Assembly (NCBI GenBank): GCA_048940445.1
Contig: JBHLON010000033.1
Span: forward strand, 1 to 34,463
Reading direction: 5' to 3'
Length of the DNA stretch: 34,463 bases
DNA from: Promethearchaeota archaeon
GTDB lineage: Archaea; Asgardarchaeota; Lokiarchaeia; Sigyniarchaeales; SOKP01
Numbering within the stretch: the first letter of the stretch is position 1; each line of letters starts with the position of its first letter. Below, piece by piece: positions 19,338-28,836 of this stretch. Below the pieces are notes generated by a model. It had not been told where the DNA came from, made no database searches, and saw nothing but the letters and a program-made list of their open reading frames with translations. The position numbers and the translations under genes were made by a program.

Positions 19338-20147
19338 CTAATCATCCCAGACAGGTGACCCCAATAAATGTTCAATACGAGTCCTACGTGGTCGAACAAA
19401 CTTTGTATGATTTTCTTTCCTTTGGAGGAGTAAAGATTGTTCTAAATCTTCTGCATTTATCAACTGTACTTCTATATCTCCCTCATTCAGCGAAATGTGG
19501 TTGAAACTTGGATTTTCTGCAGCACGAACTTTATCAGAAGTTGAAGTTCCGCAATATAAGAAAGTAGTGGGCCCTATTACATAAGCATGTGGTACATGTT
19601 TATGTCCATGACATACTAGGTCTACTCCAAATATTTGAGTGAATTCAATAAGTTCTCCAGCATCTGGATAAGTATTGTGCTTTCTTCCACTATAGGGAAC
19701 GCCAATTGTATGATGATGTAGAGCAATCACCCGATTTTCTAAATTCTTATTGAATTGTCTCCCTAGCCAATCTAATTGCTCATCTCCTATGAGACCCTCA
19801 GATGAATCATCTCTAGCAGTACATAGTCCTACAATCAGAGTATCTCTCTCTTCAATTATTAGTTTTGAGCGTCTAGGACCAATAAAACGCTCAAATTGAA
19901 TCAAACCACTAGATTTTGCATCATGGTTACCTGGTATTGCCATGAAATTTTTAGATACGTCTTTGAGTTTTTCTAAATAAGGCATAAACGCTTCAAATTG
20001 TTTAAATCTACCCTTATGTACTATATCTCCTGTTACTAGAACTGCATCTGGTTTATTCTTTTTGATGAAATGTAAAATATTATCAAAATATTCGTCTCTA
20101 AATTCACTTCCAAAGTGTAGGTCACTTATTTGTGTGATTTCAACCAT
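19338..20147 (-). CDS. Calcineurin-like metallophosphoesterase (CpdA/Icc-like)
   Basis: SDLH, TGD, PGNHD, LHHH, GHKH motifs. Confidence 0.93.
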   Translation of the reverse strand: MVEITQISDLHFGSEFRDEYFDNILHFIKKNKPDAVLVTGDIVHKGRFKQFEAFMPYLEKLKDVSKNFMAIPGNHDAKSSGLIQFERFIGPRRSKLIIEERDTLIVGLCTARDDSSEGLIGDEQLDWLGRQFNKNLENRVIALHHHTIGVPYSGRKHNTYPDAGELIEFTQIFGVDLVCHGHKHVPHAYVIGPTTFLYCGTSTSDKVRAAENPSFNHISLNEGDIEVQLINAEDLEQSLLLQRKENHTKFVRPRRTRIEHLLGSPVWDD

Positions 20148-20333
20148 AAGATATCAACTGTAATAAATAAATATTATTTAACTAATTATTATTATTATTT
20201 AGAATATAATTAATAAGACTTTAAAGAGTATAAAAAATTTTGTGTTTAATCAATCTTCTATTATTTTATAATCAAATAGGGAAAGCAATAAATATTTCTA
20301 AGATTTTTGGATTAGATCTTAAATTTTATGCAA

Positions 20334-20474
20334 TCAATTAAGTTGATTATTTTCTTCTTGGAGAATCTCATTTAGAATTTGATTGTCTCGGCAATCTAAA
20401 CACATATCTTTTATTTTTAACGTACGGAATTGTCCGCAAACTGAACAATAAAATTCCTTAAAAATGGGTTTCAA
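20334..20474 (-). CDS. Zinc-finger micro-protein (46 aa)
   Basis: Read by hand: TTG start after GGTGAT; MKPIFKEFYCSVCGQFRTLKIKDMCLDCRDNQILNEILQEENNQLN*; CxxCG and CxxC. Confidence 0.72.
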   Translation of the reverse strand: MKPIFKEFYCSVCGQFRTLKIKDMCLDCRDNQILNEILQEENNQLN

Positions 20475-20612
20475 TAAATCACCAAATAGTCCAATTTATT
20501 TTTATAATAATATCTTCTAATACTAATTAAATAAAATTTGATTAAAAATTTAAATTGTTACGACATAATATATAGATACTATATAATCTATATAGAAGAA
20601 AGGATTAACAGT

Positions 20613-23585
20613 CTAAGATTTTTTCTTATTCATAATTTTTTGAGAAAGATATTCTACTACATTATCTATATTACCATATTTCCTATCAATAAATCCTTGA
20701 CCGTAATCAGATTTTCCCCCTCCTTTACCTTCAAAAATTCTAATTTCGTTTTTTATAAATTCACCCATGTTTAATGATGAATTCTCTAGGGCCTTGGACC
20801 CAATCATACCGGTAATGGTTATTCCTTTGTTATCTTCATTAAAGAGCAATGTTATTAGATTATTATTAAATTTAAGGACATTAGAACTAATATTTTGGAT
20901 ATCTTTTTGATTTAAATTTTTAAATTTTTCAATTATAATCTTTGATCTTCCAAAAGATATAGCCTTTTCTAGAAGTTTTTCTCTGTAATCATCACTTAAA
21001 TATCTTTTAACTTGTTCTAATTTCTTCCTTGCCTCGGCCCATTCATCATAAAACTTTTTAATCTTTGATGGGACTTTCTCTTTCTTCACATTCAGAATTC
21101 TTGATAATTCACTAAGTATATCTCCTTTAAACTTATCGTATGAACTCAATTGCATATCATCTTTACTATATATGCCAGTTTGAAGAGCTTTATTTAATTT
21201 CTTCCATTTACCTATTAATTCATTTACTCTTCCCACGATATTTTCTTTAGGAATATTTAAAAATTTCTGCAATTCTTTGATAGCATTAACTTCCTTTTTC
21301 TGTAATTCTTCTGTGGCTTTACCAGCTGTAAATGTAAGTCTTACAATTCCATCTTGAACTTTTTGAGACTTCACAATCTTTATCTTTCCAGTCTCATAGG
21401 TATTATTTAAATGCGTTCCTCCACAAGCTTCCACATCAACACCTGGTATTTCCACTATTCTTAAATTTTTTCCAGGAGCAGCACCACCTTGGTATATTGA
21501 CATACCATATTCATATTCTGCTTCTGATCTGGGTATAAATGATAAATTTAAATCAATTTTTTTCTCTACTATTTGATTAGCCTTATTTTCTATTTCTTTA
21601 AGTACATTATCAGGAATCTGGGTATAATGGGTTATGTCTAAATGAGAATATCGTAAAGTTTTTTTTGCGCCTGCTTGATTTACATGTTCTCCCAAGATCT
21701 GTCGTGCTGCTGCATTTACAATATGAGTAGCGGTATGATGTTGAGAAAGTTGAGTTCTCCAAGATTTATCTACATCAACAATTACAGTTTCACCTTCCTT
21801 AAACGATGGCTTTTTTTCCATGGTATGAACGATATAATTGCCTTGTTTAAAGACATCTTTGAATTTCTCTCCATTGATTGTACCAATATCATGTAACTGA
21901 CCTCCCGAAGTTGGATATGCTACAGATTGATCCAAAATTACATAATTATTAATAATTTTTAGTACAGTAGCTTTATTTGAGGTTTTAGTATAGTCATAAT
22001 AATAAAGGGATTTAGTTTCTTTTTCTGGAATATTTGATAAGTCTAATTGAATCTCTTTTTGTGTAGCATAGCCTTGTTCTTGTTTTTCATGACGATCAAC
22101 AACTAATCTATAAAAATTATCAGGAACTTTTATAGAGATATTAAATTTCTTTGCCGTTTCTTTAACTAATTCAGGATTTATTCCCTTGGAATCATATAGT
22201 TCGATCAGCTTTTCTGTTGATATAGGACCTTTTTTTAGCTCATTCTCCAAGATTCTTTTCGCTTCTTCTTTATTCGCATAGTACTTTTCTTTTTCATATT
22301 CTAGGATTTCTCTAATCTCATCTAGATGCTCAGAAACCTCAGGAAATATTTCTTTTAATTCTTGAGCATGCCATTCGCAAATTGTTGGAATTTCTATGTT
22401 CCACTTAAATTGATCAATAAAACTTATAGCACGTCTGAAGATAACACGTAGGTTATAACCACCTCCAACATTCGAAGGAAGTTTTCCATCATGAATCGCA
22501 AAAAGCAAGGTTCTTGCATGTTCAGCAATTGAATAAAGAGCTGTCATAGGTATAATTTTATTCTGTATTTCTTTAACATCGATTTTTAATTCCTCTGCAA
22601 CTTTTTGCCATGCTAATTCCATATCATCAACCTCGTCAATGTTTAAATAAGCGGAATATTTCGAGAATTCATTGTACAAATCTAAATCCAATTCAAACTT
22701 AGTTAAATCACGTAATCTTGATAAAACATAGGGAAAGGTGGCTTCATAAATATTGGGAGTTCCTTGAGAAAACCAAGAAACTCTCTCCTGACCGAGGCCC
22801 ATATCTAAAACTTTAAGTTTAAGTTCTTTAGGGCCCTCTATCTTTTGTTCAAACATCATATAAACTTGATTAAAAAGCTCTACTCCTCGACTGAAAAATT
22901 CTAAACTGCATCCAAAATTACCACCCCCCGCCCATGAATCTTCGTGAATAGTGATTTCTTCCTTTGGAAGTCCTACAACTTTATGAATAAAATCATGTAT
23001 ATCAATAAAAAATTCATTTTGATTCCACTCTTCTTGTGAAACAAATGCATGTTGCCCTATCATGACAAATCCAGTATTGTGCGATCCTGTGATACCTACA
23101 TTTTCAATGTCATTAAATCTTAAACAAAATTGAGGGATGAGTAATTTCTTAGCAGGAGGTTCAACCTCGCCCGTTACAACGTATGGCTGGAAAGCTGAGA
23201 TTGATGCAATCGTGAATTCAGAGGTTGGATTCCATCTTGCTACACAAGGATATCTATTTATTGGTTTATAACCTCTGGGCTCTAATAGTTCTACGATTTT
23301 CTTCCATACTTCTATAAATGATAATTTTACTTTTGACGGATTATCATTGACAACTTGAAACCCACCAGAGCAAGTGGGATCACCGCATACGGTTCTTTCC
23401 TTAATTACAGTCCAAAAAAATGTTCCACATCTTTTACATTGTTTTCGCATATAACCTAGGGTTTGAAGTTCGTTTGTTGGAAAAAATTTATTGGGATTTT
23501 TTGATGCAATTTTCTTGAATATTGTTTTAAGTTCTTTATCAGTATATGCTTTCTTAAGTTCATTTTGTTCTTTTTGTGATAGCAT
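20613..23585 (-). CDS. alaS: Alanine--tRNA ligase (archaeal type)
   Basis: N-terminal C..CG..FWT..CGD..C; ARW..FTIASI..FQP; editing motifs HTATH and CGGTH; C-terminal GKGGGK; ATG 23585 after AGTGAT (track start 23609). Confidence 0.97.
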   Translation of the reverse strand: MLSQKEQNELKKAYTDKELKTIFKKIASKNPNKFFPTNELQTLGYMRKQCKRCGTFFWTVIKERTVCGDPTCSGGFQVVNDNPSKVKLSFIEVWKKIVELLEPRGYKPINRYPCVARWNPTSEFTIASISAFQPYVVTGEVEPPAKKLLIPQFCLRFNDIENVGITGSHNTGFVMIGQHAFVSQEEWNQNEFFIDIHDFIHKVVGLPKEEITIHEDSWAGGGNFGCSLEFFSRGVELFNQVYMMFEQKIEGPKELKLKVLDMGLGQERVSWFSQGTPNIYEATFPYVLSRLRDLTKFELDLDLYNEFSKYSAYLNIDEVDDMELAWQKVAEELKIDVKEIQNKIIPMTALYSIAEHARTLLFAIHDGKLPSNVGGGYNLRVIFRRAISFIDQFKWNIEIPTICEWHAQELKEIFPEVSEHLDEIREILEYEKEKYYANKEEAKRILENELKKGPISTEKLIELYDSKGINPELVKETAKKFNISIKVPDNFYRLVVDRHEKQEQGYATQKEIQLDLSNIPEKETKSLYYYDYTKTSNKATVLKIINNYVILDQSVAYPTSGGQLHDIGTINGEKFKDVFKQGNYIVHTMEKKPSFKEGETVIVDVDKSWRTQLSQHHTATHIVNAAARQILGEHVNQAGAKKTLRYSHLDITHYTQIPDNVLKEIENKANQIVEKKIDLNLSFIPRSEAEYEYGMSIYQGGAAPGKNLRIVEIPGVDVEACGGTHLNNTYETGKIKIVKSQKVQDGIVRLTFTAGKATEELQKKEVNAIKELQKFLNIPKENIVGRVNELIGKWKKLNKALQTGIYSKDDMQLSSYDKFKGDILSELSRILNVKKEKVPSKIKKFYDEWAEARKKLEQVKRYLSDDYREKLLEKAISFGRSKIIIEKFKNLNQKDIQNISSNVLKFNNNLITLLFNEDNKGITITGMIGSKALENSSLNMGEFIKNEIRIFEGKGGGKSDYGQGFIDRKYGNIDNVVEYLSQKIMNKKKS

Positions 23586-23783
23586 TGTAATCACTAATCG
23601 AGTGTTCATTTGTTATTCATGTAATAAAGAGATAAATAAACATTTACCAAAAACTTTTTGTTTATGTGAATTAACCATTTATTTTTTCAGTCGACACTTT
23701 AGTAAAAAATAAATTTATCCAAAAATGGTAATTATTTACATAAAATTTAATCAAAAAAAAATTAGATGTGAGGATGAAATTAA

Positions 23784-24086
23784 ATGGCTCATATGATGGT
23801 TACAGGCTGGTACCCTCCAAATAAAGCGAGAGAATTATTGAAGGTTTATATGTCAAAAGATAAACCAACATATCCTGATTTCGTAAAGAAAATTCATCAC
23901 TGGACTGTAGTGTCTTCAAATGGTGATTATAAAACATATGCTGTATATGAATTTCCAGACGGTAAAGTAAAAGAAACATTAAAGGCAATTGGTAAGAGAT
24001 ATTCCTTATACGCTACAGTAGAGGGTTATAGATATTATCCTGAAATATTATTGGATGCAGAAGAAGCAATAAAAATATTACAATAA
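23784..24086 (+). CDS. Hypothetical small alpha/beta protein
   Basis: Clean ORF with GAGGA SD-like motif; alternating beta/alpha pattern suggests a ferredoxin-like fold (inference). Confidence 0.7.
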   Translation: MAHMMVTGWYPPNKARELLKVYMSKDKPTYPDFVKKIHHWTVVSSNGDYKTYAVYEFPDGKVKETLKAIGKRYSLYATVEGYRYYPEILLDAEEAIKILQ

Positions 24087-24093
24087 TTTTTAT

Positions 24094-24543
24094 TTAATCT
24101 TTTTTTTCTAATTCTAAAATTTGAAGTCTTGAATAACCATCTTTTATAAAGTTATAATCCAGAAGTTCCATTTTTTCTGGAATTATTTTTAAAATTAGTT
24201 TTCTTTTTCCACGAACAATTTTTTGGGCACTCTTATACTCCTTGACCCCTTCTGATAAAAAAATTAATCTATCTCTTCCAGATGCAGTAATTTGCATTCC
24301 CTGTATCTTACCTTCTGACATTGGAGTATAAATTCCAATACTTACAATTGGATTTTGTTTGATATTATCTATTTTCCTTCCTGGTGTGGGTCCAATATAT
24401 ATATTAAAATTGTCACCATTCTTATCTACATAAAAATCCATTGGAGTTGCTCGAGGAACATTATTGGAACATGTACATAACACGAGAACTTTTCTCTTAT
24501 CTAGAAATTCATGAATTGCTTTTTTAAGAACTGAATCTGGCAT
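24094..24543 (-). CDS. Pyridoxamine 5'-phosphate oxidase-like FMN-binding split-barrel protein
   Basis: LCTC....PRATPM, RK..NI..NP.VSI, GMQI. Confidence 0.88.
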   Translation of the reverse strand: MPDSVLKKAIHEFLDKRKVLVLCTCSNNVPRATPMDFYVDKNGDNFNIYIGPTPGRKIDNIKQNPIVSIGIYTPMSEGKIQGMQITASGRDRLIFLSEGVKEYKSAQKIVRGKRKLILKIIPEKMELLDYNFIKDGYSRLQILELEKKD

Positions 24544-24617
24544 TTTTTTTGCAATAGTTAATCAACTCATTAATATTATATGTTATAGAAAAGGAGTAGA
24601 TGCCTTTTAAATGATTT

Positions 24618-25757
24618 TTAATGATTTAAAAAGGCGGGTTTGGGAAAATCCGTTCCTTCAATAGTAGAAGTTACATATGGAGATATCGGACCTCTCCCTA
24701 AAGCCATTATTCTTATTTTTGATTTTAGTGAAGGATCAAGAGCAGTCCCGAATTTAAGCGAGGCTTCTTCGGGAATTTCACTTGAAATTGTAGCGATTAT
24801 CTTGTCGATTTTGGATAAAGAGATTTTATGGTCGCCTGTTACTGATACAATACATTTATCGACTTGCATAGGATCAGGTTCTAATAGAGGATTATGCAGA
24901 GCTAGTTTAGCCTTTTTAATCAAGTCTGATCCGTCCCCAAAAGATTCTGTAATACCAATCAATCCGCTAGGAATTTTATCTTTTTTCTCAAAAACTTTCC
25001 TAACATCAGCATAATCAATATTTATCAAACCACAATTATTAATGAGATTAAGAATTTCACGAATGCATCTAATTAAAACCTCGTCCATAATTTTAAACCC
25101 AGTCAGGATTGGAATGTTTTCATTAAATCTTAGAAGATTATCATTAGGAATAGGTATAAGACAGTCAGTGTATTGAATTAATTCCTCAAGTCCCGATTTA
25201 GCCCTTTTTTTTCGCTCTTTTCCTTCAGAGGTAAATGGAATTGAACAGAAAGTAACCACAGTTGCATTATTTTTCTTGGCTTCTCTTGCCACTATAGGAG
25301 CAGCACCAGTCCCAGTCCCTCCACCTAAACCAAATGTTAAGAAAACAACATCTGCTTTCAATGTTTCTGACAATCTTTCTATATCTTCTTCGGCCGCTGT
25401 AGCCCCAATATGAGGGTCGTTTCCAGATCCTAATCCATTACAAGTTTCCTTGCCTATTAAAAGCTTTTTATTAGCATTAGAATAATATAGGTCATGAGCA
25501 TCGGTATTTATATTTAAAGTTTCTACGAAATCATTTCCAATATCTTGCATTCTTGATACAGTATTATTCCCTGCTCCGCCAATTCCTACAACAGTACTTC
25601 TAATCTTTAGAATTTTTATTAGATCAGATAGATATTTATCATCATCTAGGTTTAAGGATTGATTATTTTTATTATAACGAGCAATTTCATTAAAACGAGA
25701 TCTAACTGATATTCTTGATTTTGCAAGATCAGTTAAATCATATTCTTTATCATTCAT
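24618..25757 (-). CDS. ftsZ: Cell division protein FtsZ
   Basis: VVGIGGAGNN, INTD, G.GSGNDP, tubulin signature GLGGGTGTG, PF.SEG, T7 loop INIDYAD. Confidence 0.97.
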   Translation of the reverse strand: MNDKEYDLTDLAKSRISVRSRFNEIARYNKNNQSLNLDDDKYLSDLIKILKIRSTVVGIGGAGNNTVSRMQDIGNDFVETLNINTDAHDLYYSNANKKLLIGKETCNGLGSGNDPHIGATAAEEDIERLSETLKADVVFLTFGLGGGTGTGAAPIVAREAKKNNATVVTFCSIPFTSEGKERKKRAKSGLEELIQYTDCLIPIPNDNLLRFNENIPILTGFKIMDEVLIRCIREILNLINNCGLINIDYADVRKVFEKKDKIPSGLIGITESFGDGSDLIKKAKLALHNPLLEPDPMQVDKCIVSVTGDHKISLSKIDKIIATISSEIPEEASLKFGTALDPSLKSKIRIMALGRGPISPYVTSTIEGTDFPKPAFLNH

Positions 25758-25798
25758 TTAATAAACCTTTCAGGTTTTATTCCTTGATATATAATATC

Positions 25799-25853
25799 AG
25801 TATTATATCGGAATAATATAAGCAAGTATTATTCTTGTATTATGGATGTATTA
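25799..25853. promoter_or_regulatory. Array of GTATTA direct repeats upstream of ftsZ (candidate operator)
   Basis: GTATTA at 25800, 25826, 25837 and 25848; the last three are exactly 11 bp apart. Confidence 0.5.
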
Positions 25854-26075
25854 CCTTGTCTTTTGATTTGGGTTGATTTTTATATCATCAACCTTATTTT
25901 TACCTGCTTTTCACTCAAAATCCCACTTTTTATTAAAATTACATCTCTAGATGAAAGAAGAGGGTCTAATTAAGAACTTACAATTTGTTCATGTGAAAAG
26001 TATGAATATTAATTTAAGAATTAAATTTATAAGATTAAATTTTCATTTGGAATTTAGTAAGGGGTTTTAATTAAA

Positions 26076-26315
26076 ATGGAAATTGATTATAATAAAGAGA
26101 GTAGCGCAAAATCGGGAAATAATTCAGAGAGTAAACAATCTGTTATAAATGTTAGAGCTATTTTAAGTTGTCCTTCTTGTGGGTATAAAAAGAAATTTAA
26201 AAATCAATTTTCTCGAGATCAATTAGAGCTCTTGATAGTAGCTGTCAAAATTTTCGATTTTATGACATGTAGTTGTGGTGAATTAATAAACTTAGATTTA
26301 GAGTTTAATTTTTAA
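26076..26315 (+). CDS. Small zinc-ribbon protein
   Basis: CPSCG and CSCG pairs; divergent from ftsZ. Confidence 0.75.
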   Translation: MEIDYNKESSAKSGNNSESKQSVINVRAILSCPSCGYKKKFKNQFSRDQLELLIVAVKIFDFMTCSCGELINLDLEFNF

Positions 26316-26353
26316 ACCGTATACTTTTTTTAAGAATTTTAATAGATTTATTC

Positions 26354-27664
26354 TTAAAGATTTAGCTTAATGTTTCCATATTTTCCTCCTCCCCCAGGAA
26401 TATATTGAATTTCATCATTTCGAAATGCATTTATTACTGCTGCAATATCCTTATCAAATTTTCCTAATTCTGATAAGGGAATATCTAATAATATTGAAAA
26501 TTCGGTTCCTAAGTGAGTAATAATTTGATTATATAGATCTAAAACGGTTTTACTATTAACACTTTTAATTCCTCTGACAGATCTAATAATATCAATTAGC
26601 GGAATTGCATTGATATATTTAGGGCGATGTTCTGGACATTTTGGCTTATTATAAGATGCGATGCTGTCAATTCTTTCACTCACTCCTAACTTAATTTTAA
26701 AATTTTTATGAAATTCTTCTTTACATGCTAAACAGCTAACATTTTCCTTTATAACTTGATTAATGAATTCTTTTCTAGATTTGAGAGGATCAGCTGAAAT
26801 AAATGTTATAAAGTTCTTTGTTATGGCATATTTAGAAAGTATCCCAACCTCTGCCTTTTTACTTTTTTTAAATGATATTCTTCTTCTGCATTTATAACAA
26901 AACATTGTATAATATTTCCCCAATTTAGGATGTAAACCAACATTTAAGACAATCTTTCTTCCACCTTTCCTTTTTAAAGCTAACTCTACTTCTCCAAATG
27001 AGGGATTATCTATCTCTAGCTTATTAAATTCTCTACCTAAAGATCGTGGGTCTTGGGAATGAGCATCACTATTACTTAAAAAAGTTATGTCTTTTAGTGA
27101 TTCCAATCGATCAGCTAATTCAGTATTTGCAGATAAACCTAATTCTAAGAAGGATACTTTTTTAAAAGCACTCTGGTAACATTCTTCTAGAGTTTTATAT
27201 CTATTTTGACGAAAAATAGCTTTAAATGGCGTAAAGGCGTGAGCAGGTCCTATCAAACCTCCCATATCTGTTATCAAATCAACAAGGTTCTCAGGAGCTA
27301 AATCGACTCGTGGACGCCCCCCCCATTTATCAAATAAGTTTTTAGAATGCCTTTTTAACTTATTTTGAGCTGCTTTAACCGAATCAAAATCGGGGAATAA
27401 TACCACATGATGAATACTTTCTTTATCCTCTATCTCAGTCTGTAAAATAAATGATATGTCCTTATAATAATATGCTTTATGAATATCTCTCTTAAGATTA
27501 TTTTCTAAATACTTAAGCCAATCAGGTTGCAAAATGTCCCCTGTACCTAAGATATGTAGTCCTTTCTTTAAGCAAGTTTCTCTCATTGTATCTAAATTTA
27601 ACGATTTAGATACAGCAATAGAGTGGGGTGAGTGTATATGAAGATCACAATTAAATAAATCCAT
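26354..27664 (-). CDS. Endonuclease Q family (PHP domain, TIGR00375-like)
   Basis: DLHIHS, GTGD, HH, GRP, GPAHAFTP, ELGLS, NSDAHS, LGREFN, GKY..CxxC..CxxC..GV..RI, PGGGGKYG. Confidence 0.92.
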   Translation of the reverse strand: MDLFNCDLHIHSPHSIAVSKSLNLDTMRETCLKKGLHILGTGDILQPDWLKYLENNLKRDIHKAYYYKDISFILQTEIEDKESIHHVVLFPDFDSVKAAQNKLKRHSKNLFDKWGGRPRVDLAPENLVDLITDMGGLIGPAHAFTPFKAIFRQNRYKTLEECYQSAFKKVSFLELGLSANTELADRLESLKDITFLSNSDAHSQDPRSLGREFNKLEIDNPSFGEVELALKRKGGRKIVLNVGLHPKLGKYYTMFCYKCRRRISFKKSKKAEVGILSKYAITKNFITFISADPLKSRKEFINQVIKENVSCLACKEEFHKNFKIKLGVSERIDSIASYNKPKCPEHRPKYINAIPLIDIIRSVRGIKSVNSKTVLDLYNQIITHLGTEFSILLDIPLSELGKFDKDIAAVINAFRNDEIQYIPGGGGKYGNIKLNL

Positions 27665-27718
27665 GATTGTTCAAAATTTCGATTATTAAAAGAGAAGGTT
27701 AATATATCAAATGATTTG

Positions 27719-28774
27719 TTATTTAAAACTGATTTCTCTGCATTTTTTGGCTTTATCAAACTTATTCAACTTTTCATAACAAAAAGCTAAGCTCTCGTAA
27801 AAGTCTAAATTTTTAGGTTTTAGTTTAAGGAGTTTTTCAAACTGTTGAATTGCTTTTTTATACTCTTTTTTAATACTGCAATAAATTTCCGCTAACTTTA
27901 ATCTTGCATTAAAATTAGTCGGTTCCTCATCTAAAACCTTTTGATAATAATAAATGGCATTATCATAATCTTTTAATGCATGATAACTAAATCCTAAATT
28001 CTCAAATAAAATTGGTTCATCAGGAGTAATTTCTAATGCCTTTTTAAAACAAATAATTGAATCATTGTACTTTTCTTTAAGATTAAAAGATAACCCTAAA
28101 TCATTCCAAGCTTCAATAAATAGAGGATCAATTTCAACTGCTTTTTTATAATAATCTATTGCTAAATCATAATTATTTAATTCATATGCAATATCAGCTA
28201 ATTCACACCATAAATCGGCATTATCTGGCTCAAGTTCTAGTGCTCTTTTATAGTAAAAGATAGCAGTATTATAATCATTTATATCATAATAAAGCGTAGC
28301 AAGATTATTATATAGTAAAACGTCATCAGGATTGATCTTAATAGCTTTTTCATAGCATTTTATTGCTTTCTCATTTTGTTTCTGTTTCCGATAGATTAAG
28401 GCAATATTATTCCAAACATCTGTATTACTGGGTTCAAGTTCTAAAGCTCTATTATAATATTTTAATGCTATTTGATAATTATTTTGGTCATCATAAGCAA
28501 ATCCTATATTGTAATATATAGTTGCATCATTAGGTTCTAATTCAAGTGCTTTTTTATAGTAAAAAATCGCATTCTCTAATTCTCCCTTCATTGAGAATGC
28601 TAAACCGATATTATTTAATACTTCAGAAAAATAAGGATTAATTTCCAATGCTTTTAGATAACATTCTATTGCTTTATCAAAGTTATTATCATTATAATAT
28701 GCATCTCCCAAATTGATCCAAGCATCAGCGTCTTTTGGATCCAATCTAACAATTCGTGTGTATCTATCAATCAT
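27719..28774 (-). CDS. Tetratricopeptide repeat protein (~10 TPRs)
   Basis: 34-aa repeats of W.NLG..Y....A...Y.KALE..P across the whole protein. Confidence 0.96.
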   Translation of the reverse strand: MIDRYTRIVRLDPKDADAWINLGDAYYNDNNFDKAIECYLKALEINPYFSEVLNNIGLAFSMKGELENAIFYYKKALELEPNDATIYYNIGFAYDDQNNYQIALKYYNRALELEPSNTDVWNNIALIYRKQKQNEKAIKCYEKAIKINPDDVLLYNNLATLYYDINDYNTAIFYYKRALELEPDNADLWCELADIAYELNNYDLAIDYYKKAVEIDPLFIEAWNDLGLSFNLKEKYNDSIICFKKALEITPDEPILFENLGFSYHALKDYDNAIYYYQKVLDEEPTNFNARLKLAEIYCSIKKEYKKAIQQFEKLLKLKPKNLDFYESLAFCYEKLNKFDKAKKCREISFK

Positions 28775-28836
28775 ATTTCTTAATTATTAATTCTAAATAT
28801 TTTAATGATTGATTCCTCTTATTTTTTTAGAATAGT

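Noticed and set aside
8938-25014. Track ORFs 8938, 12946, 17458, 17656, 17764, 18030, 20538, 21675, 23491, 23800 and 24640
   Set aside because: They overlap real genes or the pseudogene on the opposite strand or in another frame; composition is not protein-like
27719-28774. 102-bp periodic DNA similarity
   Set aside because: Explained by TPR coding repeats; not a CRISPR array
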